Source: Lingula anatina (Eukaryota; Animalia; Brachiopoda). Taken from it: 64,000 nt of DNA. Positions 1-10,048 of the stretch are shown here, one piece after another. Position numbers and translations under genes: made by a program. The notes below the pieces were generated by a model that saw nothing but the letters and a program-made list of their open reading frames with translations, did no database searches and had not been told where the DNA came from. Position 1 is the stretch's first letter, and each line of letters begins with the position of its first letter. The stretch spans positions 566,954 to 630,953 of the forward strand of contig CM120644.1 of the NCBI GenBank assembly GCA_051362555.1. Direction: 5' to 3'.

Positions 1-203
1 GACAACAAGCTTTCGATGAGTTGAATCGATGGCCATTATTTTTAACGAATGAAGAACTTGTAGGAAATTCGATTTGAATGTAAGATTTAGCCCGTCTTGG
101 GAGTAAACTCTTCTTACAAAGAAGGTACGTTTCACAAGAAGTCTTACCAGCAAGCAAAAGAGGGAGTGGCAGCTCATCTGTAGAAAAGGTTTAATTAATG
201 AAA

Positions 204-791
204 ATGACTTTCGAACTGGTAAGTAGTGGCATAGAAAGTAAGATAAAGTAATTGTGCATCTACAAATGAGGTGAAAATCGGTTAGTACAGATAGAAACTA
301 GCATAGCGCAGTAATTTGAACAGTAGGCAGACTACGGCTAGAGCTGCCGGTGAGCTGCAGGTCAAAGGCCATTAAAGAAGCTGTAGCGCATTTCTGGGAG
401 AGTGTAAAAACCACCTGCCAGACCAGGGATCGAACCCGGGACCTCTCGCTGACAGGGTTAGTGCTCCACCGCCTGAGCTATCCGGCCGTTCTACCCTGCG
501 TCTGGCACTACTCCCCCCCCCCCAAAAAAAAAAAAAAAAAAATGCCGAAAGGCGCGAGCCCTAGCTTCTTCAGTTTTATGATACTGTCAACTCCTTTCTT
601 CATACAGTACACTACATCATTCTTATTTTGCTATTCGTGGTTTGTAGGAGTTCCTCAAGGCAGCTGAAGATGTCAAGAACTTGAAATCCAAACCCACTGA
701 TGCCGAGATGCTGGAGCTGTATGGGTTGTTTAAGCAGGCAATGATAGGAGATGTGAACACAGGTAACACATAGATTATTGCAGCTTAGAGA

Positions 792-827
<36 letters not shown>

Positions 828-1912
828 ATTAGAGAGAGAGATGTAGTAGATAGACCTGTAGACCTGATATAGTAGTTAGACTTCAGTTTTATAATATTAT
901 CAACTGTTTTCTATTGTAGATAGACCTGGATGTTAGACTTCAGTTTTATAATACTGTCAACTGTTTTCTATTGTAGATAGACCTGGGATGTTAGACTTCA
1001 GTTTTATAATACTGTCAACTGTTTTCTATTGCAGATAGACCTGGGATGTTAGACTTCACAGGGAAGGCAAAGTGGGATGCCTGGGAAGGGAGGAAAGGTG
1101 AGAGACATGAGCCACATTTGAATATGCCACACCTTTTATGCTAACCAAAAAAAAAAAAAGAAAGAAAGAAAGAAAGAAGTGGACACTGTTGATTGTAGAT
1201 TTTAGCATCCCAACGGCTAACTTCTTTAATATGGAAGATAATCAATCACGATGATGAGTTAACATGATGTTTAAGAGCATGTAATTTGGCCAGTTACAAA
1301 CAGTTATAGACAACAGGAATGATTTTATAATGAAATACGTTTTGTTGCCTCTTGTGACAAAATGACAAAGGAAATAAAATTGTAAAAAGAGTAAACATTT
1401 TTGAACCTCACATGAAAGAGTAAGACCCCATTCCCAGAGATTAGATCAATCCAAACTAGATCGCCCTAACTCCCTGGGGGTTCACGCTGAATAGCTGTCA
1501 GCCGAGCGGGCACGAAAGTTAATTACCTCCTTACAGCTTGTAGTAGGCGGGACAGACATTTAAGCTGGATTATCTGACAGTAATCTAGTGAGACTCTCCA
1601 CGGGGATAGATCGATCTAAAATCTATGGGAATACGCCCTTAGTCTGGTGATCAAGACCCTTAATGAAGGGCCAGATTTAACCTGCCCAAAAACTTTTTTT
1701 GCCAAGAAGAATGATCACATACAAACTCAAAGGTTGTTGAAAGGTTGTGTTACCTGCAGTGTGAGTTTGAAGTGATTTATTCAAGATTTCAGTAAGTGCT
1801 GGGTAAACAGTGTCTTTTATTTCCTCATTTCCTAGGCATGTCCAAGGAGAATGCAATGGAGTTATATATTAGTGTGGCCAATAACCTGGTGGAAAAATAC
1901 GGCATGTTGTAA
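204..1912 (+). CDS. DBI: Acyl-CoA-binding protein / diazepam-binding inhibitor, copy 1; join(204..218,648..762,1035..1097,1836..1912), 89 aa
   Basis: Manual splice (all GT-AG) gives MTFEL|[38 protein letters not shown]|[21 protein letters not shown]|[25 protein letters not shown], with the ACBP motifs LYGL(Y/F)KQA and GKAKWDAW. Exon sizes 15/115/63/77 equal copy 2. An in-frame ATG at 198 could add MK. Confidence 0.93.
382..511 (-). mobile_element. tRNA-derived repeat in ACBP1 intron 1 (tRNA-like part 416-487)
   Basis: Minus strand GGCCGGATAGCTCAGGCGGTGGAGCA...GGTCCCGGGTTCGATCCCTGGTCTGGCA has A and B boxes and D/T arms but a broken anticodon stem; absent at the matching position of copy 2 (~22477). 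Confidence 0.7.
793..841. repeat. (TG)n + (AG)n microsatellite, also present in copy 2 (25068-25125)
   Basis: Read directly. Confidence 0.95.
876..1058 (+). repeat. 58-bp tandem repeat spanning the intron 2/exon 3 junction of ACBP1 (3 acceptors)
   Basis: Unit AGTTTTATAATACTGTCAACTGTTTTCTATTGTAG|ATAGACCTGGGATGTTAGACTTC; acceptor AGs end at 919, 976, 1034. Confidence 0.95.
1424..1638 (+). mobile_element. PIF/Harbinger-like MITE, family 1
   Basis: Imperfect TIRs, TAA/TTA flanks, empty site in ACBP2 intron 3 (~25910); copies at 37953 and 59121. Confidence 0.8.
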
Positions 1913-1977
1913 ATGGTGAGTGACCTGGTGACCTGTGCTGTGACCTGTGCAGTAACCTCATTATTGAACTGTAAGTG

Positions 1978-4052
1978 TACCCATCTCTTGGATTTAGGTC
2001 ACCTATAATCTCAACTCGTTCCACGTAAAATTTGGGCTTTGTCGGTATTGGGGTCTAGGTGTGGCACTCATTGCAATGCACCCTTGTCTAAAAATGGCAA
2101 AATTAAATGCTAATTATCTACCCTAGGGAAGGAATAATGGGAAAAATTTCTACAGACGGCTTTCCAAAAGTCATATGTGTAAATTTCAAATATGCCCTTG
2201 GATTTGACCTTTGACCTTTTTTTCAAGGTCAAATGGGCCAAAATTTTCAAAAAAATGAATTTTTTTTCGAAAAAAAAAAAAATTATTTGCCCTGTTATTC
2301 AGACACCACACAGACTTAACCAATAATATTATTGGAAAGTGTTACCCTTCAGGTCATCTTTCATCTCCGTGAATTTGGGGTCAATCGGTGCATTATCACG
2401 GGCGTAGCGGCCATAAGATACCGAAACTGAAAACTGTCTCTAATTCGGGAACCGTTAATGCTAGAGACCCATTCTTTTTTGCATTTTGTAGAGCTTGTAA
2501 AGCCCAATACTGTTTTTTTTTTTTTTTGTTTTTTTTATTCCATATGGTTTTCGAGTTACGCTGTATCAAAAAGTACATATTGGTGGTGAAAGCAAAATGT
2601 ACAGTACGGTAAAGAATAATAAATTTTGAACTCCGGAAAAATAAAACATAAGGCTTGGCAAAGCAGACAACTTGTGGTCAAAAATGACATTATTTCATCA
2701 AATTTGAACTTCTGGTACTTCAGAGCACCGCCCATTTCAAGAATTTTGACCAAAATGACCTTTTCTTAATTTTGATTAATTTTTTCTGTAGGAAATTTAT
2801 GGCACATTATGGTAACTCCAAAATTATAACATTTAGTCCCTTATATCCCCAAAACTGGCAGAGACAGGTCCATAGTTACTATTGAAGTTGAATAGGAAGT
2901 CATATACTGGCAATCTTACTGTGACCTTGAAATTGACCTTTGACCTACTTTTCACCATGAACTAAACTTTGCAAATTTTGGTTCCCTTTTATCTCCAAAA
3001 CTGCCAGAGATAGGTCCATAGTTTCTATTGAAGTTGAATAGGAAGTCATATCCTGGCAATCTAAATGTGACCTTGAAATTGACCTTTGACCTACTTTTCA
3101 CCATGAGTTGAACTTTGCAAATTTTGGTTCCCTTTTATCTCCAAAACTGGCAGAGATAGGTCCATAGTTTCTATTGAACTTGAATAGGAAGTCATATACT
3201 GGCAATCTAAATGTGACCTTGAAATTGACCTTTGACCTACTTTTCACCATGAGTTGAACTTTGCAAATTTTGGTTCCCTTTTATCTCCAAAACTGGCGGA
3301 GATAGGTCCATAGTTTCTATTGAACTTGAATAGGAAGTCATATACTGGCAATCTAAATGTGACCTTGAAATTGACCTTTGACCTACTTTTCACCATGAGT
3401 TGAACTTTGCAAATTTTGGTTCCCTTTTATCTCCAAAACTGGCAGAGATAGGTCCATAGTTTCTATTGAACTTGAATAGGAAGTCATATACTGGCAATCT
3501 AAATGTGACCTTGAAATTGACCTTTGACCTACTTTTCACCATGAGTTGAACTTTGCAAATTTTGGTTCCCTTTTATCTCCAAAACTGGCGGAGATAGGTC
3601 CATAGTTTCTATTGAACTTGAATAGGAAGTCATATACTGGCAATCTAAATGTGACCTTAAAATTAACCTTTGACCTATTTTTCATCATGAACTGAACTTT
3701 GCAAATTTTGCTTCCCTTTTATCTCCAAAACTGGCAGAGATAGGTCCATAGTTACTATTGAAGTTGAATAGGAAGTCACATACTGGCAATTTACTCTGAC
3801 CTTGAAATTGACCTTTGACCTACCTTACGATGAACTTAACTTTGATTGTACCATTTTAAGTTATATATATATATATTTTTTTTTTTTTTGCATATTTTGA
3901 AAATTCTTGTTGATTGCATTTTTACAGCTTGTCAAGCATAAGACTGGTGGCTGTGTCCCTTTTTTTGTGTATGTGGAGGTCTATACGAATGCGCTTGCTC
4001 CAGCTGGTGGTACAATATTCGGAGGCGGTATCGCCTCTCTGATCCTCTAGTT
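1978..4052 (+). mobile_element. Helentron-associated non-autonomous element (HINE-A), 5' end deleted, with ~7 x 146-bp internal repeats (~2845-3840)
   Basis: Colinear with the full copy at 51238-53437; 3' subTIR GCTGGTGGTACAA, hairpin GAGGCG-GTAT-CGCCTC, CTAG|TT end; absent downstream of ACBP2. Confidence 0.88.
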
Positions 4053-4238
4053 CTCTTTGTCAGTCTGTTTTGAGAAATGGCATTGAACTTGGATCATATT
4101 TTGATTTTTTTTTTTTTTTTTTTTTTTTTACTGTGCTTCCCCACAGTGTGATAGTTGTCTTCTATGTGACACAATGATTGTGACAGAGCTGGCACAACTA
4201 ACACAGTCAGCCAGTGCTCTGCCACATGTAGACCAGGG

Positions 4239-7200
4239 CCCCATATCTCTAAAGCTTCGCTATGTTGCGCAGGGGTGCGAGCATGGCGATTCCGTGCTAT
4301 TTGCGAGTGCAATTGCACCCACCTGCTATCTTGAAGCCTTAGCAAACCAAAAAATGATTTTTTTTTTTCACCATGATGCTTATCTAGAGGTTGTTTTTAT
4401 TTATAAGAATATCAATTATAAATACTGATATTTGAAGTGTTTGACACCAATAAAATGTCAAAAAACAATTCAATAAGCGAAGCTTGGACTGACACAATTA
4501 CTGACACATTGGTGAGTAGTGTTCAGTCTCACAATAATAGACATTGTGGAAGGTCACGGTGCGTCCGAATGCTTAGTTTCTGCAGACAGTCTGCTTTTTC
4601 ATTTTGTGTAGAAAATGACACGTTTAAATTTATGATTATTATCAATAGACTACACAGATGAATTATATTCATCAGAAAATATAAAATGATGTATGTTTAA
4701 TTTTAAAATTTTAATGCATAATAAAACATGACTTTAGCATTCTTGACGTGAACATTTATCACAACTGTATTATTATAAAAATTAATGGGTCATCTACTTG
4801 TAAACATCATTTCACTTGAAAGGAAATGGTCAGACAGTGGTCTCTCTTTTAGTATAGCCAGACGTCTCCGACCACACTCTTTAATAATAATTTTACCAAC
4901 GTAAGTCATCTTCCTACCCTGTAATTAAGAGCATTTACCTCTAGCAAAAGTCGATTGTTCAAATAGACTATATAACCTGTATGTATTCTCTGAGAGAGGT
5001 AGTAGTAGCTGTAGTAGTGGTGGGAGCAGTGTTGCTAAATAAAACCTGGGAAAACTAAAGGAGTGTTGTGTTCCTTCCTGGCTGTGAAATATTTACCGCA
5101 AGTTTTTCTATCAGAGGTACCGAGTGGTTCAATCTATTATAAGCTTTCATGTTTTTGTTATATGTTTTGTTACGGTAATGTGCCATGAATTTTGAACAGT
5201 AGAAATTCGAAATTCATGAAATGGAGGTTCTCAGAACTTCCGAAAGTACGAATTTCATGGAATTCTGTCAATTTTGACCAGAAGGTGTCTGTTCGTCGCT
5301 AGGCCTTCTGTTATCTTCTCCCGACGATCTATTTAGAGTTACCATAATGTATGATGTGTGAGTGTCGGTAATTGCGACCAAAGGTATACACGTACTTTCA
5401 CCCGATCACTGTGTATGGCCCATGGATAGAGCGGTACTGTTGTCTAGGGCCGCAAAACAGCATCTTTATCAGTAGTGTCGTTTTTCAAAAGCGATTCTGG
5501 CAGCCAGAAACTAGTGTCGTTTTTCAGAAACGATCCTGGCGCTCAGAACGGGAGTGGACGGAGGGAGAGACGGCTGACGTTTAGCGTCTGCCACAGCCAG
5601 ATAACCTTTACTATGGAAGCTTAGTGTTACCGTTGCTCCTTTCCGTGCACTGAAACCGAGACGACAGCCGATCAGTGTCTATGGCGCACGTGCAGGTAGC
5701 CTTCATCTGCGATAAGTGTCTTCCGCGACCAGTTTCGTTGCCTTTACCGTTAAAGTCGGGCGGAGCTTTACGCGCGAATGCGTCCTCATCTCGCCGTTCG
5801 CGGGTCGGTGTCTCCGACGCATACGTAGCCTTCCCTGCAGAAGCCGGCCTCGACACTACGGCCTCTCCTCCGTGCGGGGAGGCCACTACGACCGCAGATC
5901 GGTATGTGCGGCGCACAGGTAGCCTTCGCCACGGTAGCCGAACTGTGTATTACGGTCTCTCTCCGTCGTGCGCTGCGACCAAGATGACCACTGATTGTTG
6001 TCTGCGATCAAATATACTAGGTTTGGGGGGGGGGGGTGCAGGGCCGTTTTTTTTTTTTTCGCTCAGGCAACCCAATCTTAACCAGCAGCAGCAACTGATT
6101 TCCTGGCGCATAGTTGCGTCAATGTACGCATTTGAAAAGCGTGTATGTTTTATCATTGGAACCATCTTCAAGCGCGAGAGATAGGTAATCTAGAGTAAAC
6201 CGAAAAGGCAGTTTTTATATTTGTTCAAGGGACTGGAAGATCGTCAATGGGAGATAGTGAGCGATCTGAGCGCGACAATAAGCCAATTTTCACACTAGTT
6301 CAAGGGACTTCATTACTATATTCGTCAGCAAGAGATCGTCAGCCATCCGAGCAAGCATAGAAGCTTGGACTTTTTGTCATGCTAGAAGGCAATTTTCATG
6401 TAGTCAGCAGAATATGGTTTGCTGGCTTGCGACAGGGGCGTAACCAGGCATACGCACGGATACACTGTGCGTATATAATTTTTTGGCCAACCATGATATT
6501 ATTCTCTATAAATCTAGTGTACTTTTTAAGGAATATTATCGAAAATCCCCTTCGATTATAAGTTAACGTCACCTGAATGTACAAATTCTCTGTATAATTT
6601 ATATATGCACCATTGTTCTGACACCCTTCTCGTTTGCTTTCACAGAACTGAGGTAAACAATACTAGTTACCATCTGAAGTCCGATCTTAATCGTCCATCT
6701 AGCTGGAACTTGCTTTACCTCTTAATTAGAGGGTAAAGTGCTCTTCAGCTCACAGGTAGCTTTTGTCTTGAGTGTATCGAACGCGATATTTATCTCAGAT
6801 AAAAATCTACCTGTGTGTTATTTTCAAAGAGCTGCTCCAGCAGACCTGGGGGCACTAGATAAATCTGATCATCGGGCTAAACAAGGAGCCAGAGAAACAA
6901 AGGAAGATTGATTTTTCCTGCAAAGTTTCAAAGAATTTTGACACGGACTTGATCCAGCTTAACCCTCCAAACTAACGGGGTGGCATGGACAATTTTTACA
7001 AAATTTACAAACAATTAAGCTTAGATATATTACAATTTTATCCTTTAATATAATTTTGGGAGGCATGCACCCGCATGTAAGCTGGGTGATGTCAGTAAGC
7101 CCCTAGTTAAATAAATATACCCTTATGAGCAAGGCTTTTCCCAGCGAACCGTCCAGCCGTCATTTGGACGGCCGCTGACATCACGGGACGACCTATTTTT

Positions 7201-8613
7201 TCAAAGACGGCTAGACGGCTTGCGACTTTTTTTTAATGACGTCTTGGCTTGTCGGGACAGCCGTGGACGTTGTAAGAAATTTTCTTAGAGTAATATGACG
7301 TACCTTGCTTTTATGATGCGTCACAGATGAATGGTACTACTTTGTAGTGTACGCTGATATTCAGTCACGACGAAACTACTTCCTAAAGCTTACAGAACAC
7401 AATAAAATGTTTCTATGAACTTTAAGATACACATTCCACGCCGTATGCAGCAGTGACAAGAGTGACCTTCATGCGGTACAAAACACTAAGCAAACTACAG
7501 GCCAATTTGTGAAAGGGGACACCTTCCGGACCTTCATACGCACGGCAACTGACAAAGCTGATTGACAAAAAGGAAAATTTCAAATTTTCAGCGAGAGATA
7601 GTTCGCAATCTGAGAGAGACCAGGAGGCAATTTTCATATTTGTTAAAGAGACTTCGTAAGCCAAAGGGCGAGACGAGAATGCAATTTTCGTATCGTCAGC
7701 GTCGCAATCCGCGTGAAATGAGAAAGCTCATACTCGTTCAGTGGCTTTCGTTTGCGGAAGATCGTCAGCCGGAGATCGTTCTCGATTGTTTTTAACCCTC
7801 CATCCCTCCCCATTGGAATTTATAATTTTTAAAAATATTTTTCATTTCATTTGTACATTTCAAGGGACTTCATTAGCGGAAGATCGTCAGCGGGAGATCG
7901 TGAACGATCTGAGCGAGACAAGAAAGCAATAATGGTAATCTTTATTGCAGCTCTTAATATTGCTCTTTTGTTCTGTTACTGAAGTCTCTACTGTTAACAA
8001 TGCTATTGTGCACCTCAGCAAAACTACCGATCGCTATCTCACAGTGAATATTGCGGTAAAGAAACAACAGCCCGACAGTACAACTCTTAAATAGATTCTC
8101 CTGTTATCTGAATGAATGGATATGACGATGTTGTTTAGCGTCTTAAACTAACTGTACCGATCGTTATCTTGCACCTTGGGCCGCACACGTAGTACTCAGG
8201 TAAAGGTATGCTAGGGCAACATTGCCGACTGTTAGATCTTTATATGCGCGAGAATAGCCCGGTGGCCGATTTTATGGTGTACGAAATTCACGAAATCAAG
8301 ATCGCGCAAAATTGCTTACTGGCCGAAATTCATGGTCCAGAAAAAACTCCAGACGGCCGATTTTAAGATCGTTCGAAATTCAAGAGCCGTTCGAAATTCA
8401 TGGCACTTTACCGTATATGCTATTATGACTAGCAACCCATACTTGCCGCCATGTTTAATTATATGAAAGACACATTAAAATGACGAATTATGCATATGCA
8501 TACGCAGAGGCCATTGCGACTAGTTTGTATCGCCCCTAATAATAGCCTCGAAACTAATGGTGATATCGCCATAAGTACACGGCCGCAATTTGCGAAGCTT
8601 TCGGGATATGGGG
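4239..8613. mobile_element. Older TIR element (~1.1 kb of own sequence) interrupted by the 3.2-kb element
   Basis: CCCCATATCTCTAAAGCTTCGC (4239-4260) vs reverse complement of 8592-8613: 20/22 match; region absent from the ACBP2 flank. Confidence 0.65.
5173..8413. mobile_element. 3.2-kb non-autonomous TIR DNA transposon with TA duplication (Tc1/mariner-type), copy A
   Basis: TA|CGGTAATGTGCCATGAATTT...AAATTCATGGCACTTTACCG|TA; subterminal GAAATTCATG repeats; no transposase ORF; near-identical to 18002-21296. Confidence 0.9.
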
Positions 8614-8908
8614 ATGCGCACGCTCGCCATGTAGCCAGCAATTTCCAAAGGGGGGTACCATTTCCGAAAAAGTGGACTTTTTACAATGATATTTTTGTGT
8701 GCATAGATCAATTTTTATCCAGAATGGACTTTTCCTGACAAATAGGGCAGTCCTTTCAAACCTCTGGGGTCAGTTACACATGGGAATTAAAGCTTATACC
8801 AGTAAAGAGGTCTCAGGGTTTAGACAAACACATTAGTCTGCTTGACATAAGGCTGCTATACTTTTCTTATTATGAAACAGAAGAGCTTTTAATTTCATTG
8901 AACAATTA

Positions 8909-9156
8909 GTCTGGGCTCCCATACCTGGGTCAATCTAACAGGATTGATTTATCTCCAAGGGGTTTTTCGCTAAATTACTTTCCGCCTGAGATGTCTGGCA
9001 CGCCTACTAAAGCTGCTTAACGATAATTAATTACCCCATAGCAGCTTCAGTAGGTGTGGCGGACATCTAAGCTGCTTAAGTGATTGCAATTTAGCAAGAA
9101 TCCCCTTGGAGATAGATCAATCCAAAGTTTGTATGATAGGGTCTGGGAATGGTCCC
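8909..9156 (+). mobile_element. PIF/Harbinger-like MITE, family 2
   Basis: TTA on both sides; absent in the ACBP2 flank (~27065); second copy at 45632-45884. Confidence 0.75.
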
Positions 9157-9548
9157 TTACTGATTTATTTTTATCAAGGCTGACTAAAATATTGGCCTTA
9201 AAGTTTGGACCAATTTCTGAGCGTAAGACGGTTAAACTGTTCTATTATGTCCAGGTAGTGGACACAGTGACCACTGACACTAGACAGAGATAGAGATAGG
9301 TAGAGATGGGTCAGTGTTGTCTCCAAATCAGATACTTTGATGTCACTGAGATGATGTGGTGACACTCAGTTACTGCGGGGGTTTTTTGATGATACAATGT
9401 CTCTCCTTTGAAGCCTGGTCCTTTCTGTCTGCCATGACTGCAGTCTTCAAATCACACTATTGTACATGTAGACTTCAGTGATAATAATTATTTGTATAGT
9501 TTAACATGTCTGTTTTATTGTTTTTAAAAGCATTTTTTTCTCCCCCAG

Positions 9549-9726
9549 GCATCAATATCCAGTCTGTTATCCATGATTCCATAGAAGATGCCAGAACAGC
9601 CCTGAAGTTGATAAGAAATATCAGGAGCTCTCTAATGAAGGAGGAGATAAAATCAGAGAAGCTCTTAAAGAGATGTATGAAAAAGGGCGCCAACTTTCAT
9701 GGAAAATACCAGAAAGTGAACAGTGA
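9549..9726 (+). pseudogene. PAN2: Orphan terminal exon of PAN2 (poly(A) nuclease catalytic subunit) with a 1-bp frameshift
   Basis: After acceptor ttctcccccag: GINIQSVIHDSIEDARTALKL; restoring one T at ~9611 gives YKKYQELSNEGGDKIREALKEMYEKGRQLSWKIPESEQ*. This matches the PAN2 C-terminus pattern HDSIEDARTAL..LY.KY...LK..YEKGR...WK.PE. AATAAA at 9742. No other PAN2 exon seen in the window. Confidence 0.88.
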
Positions 9727-9761
9727 CTTTAGCTTTAAATTAATAAACGCTTTATTTTACT

Positions 9762-9907
9762 GATGGCAAGGGGGCTGCCTTTAATCTGTATTACAAATAT
9801 TAGCAGCTCTCTTTGATGGCACAGATAAGATAAAAGATAGTCGGGAGATATATCCATAAGAAAAAGGATGTAAACTATCATGGAAAAGTCCTGAAAAAGA
9901 GAAATGA
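9762..9907 (+). pseudogene. More decayed tandem copy of the PAN2 terminal coding segment
   Basis: Reads ...FNLYYKY*QLS..DGTDKIKD....*EKGCKLSWKSPEKEK*, colinear with LKLYKKYQELSNEGGDKIRE...EKGRQLSWKIPESEQ*; has internal stops and indels. Confidence 0.7.
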
Positions 9908-10012
9908 TTCAAGCTGTTTTGAACAGAGAACTACCGTGCTCTGTTGAGGATATGAGCACTGCCCAGATAAGAATTACAAAAACTTGTTTTTATCTTGGTA
10001 GAGATAGAGGGT

Positions 10013-10048
<36 letters not shown>

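Noticed and set aside
416-487. Functional tRNA gene
   Set aside because: Anticodon stem has two mismatches, the 1-72 pair is broken and position 33 is not U; it behaves as an insertion absent from the paralogue.
350-667. 105-aa ORF
   Set aside because: Runs through the tRNA-like repeat and poly-C/poly-A in intron 1; out of frame with ACBP exon 2.
2845-3840. CRISPR-like regular array (also 25146-25599 and 52240-53240)
   Set aside because: Contiguous tandem units without unique spacers, no cas genes, eukaryotic context.
5611-6184. 101-169-aa GC-rich ORFs as transposase or cargo gene
   Set aside because: No DDE or HTH motif recognised; the frame is broken by an indel in the second copy (~18700).
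9506-9763. Stand-alone 85-aa protein
   Set aside because: N-terminus is intron pyrimidine tract and C-terminus is out-of-frame PAN2.
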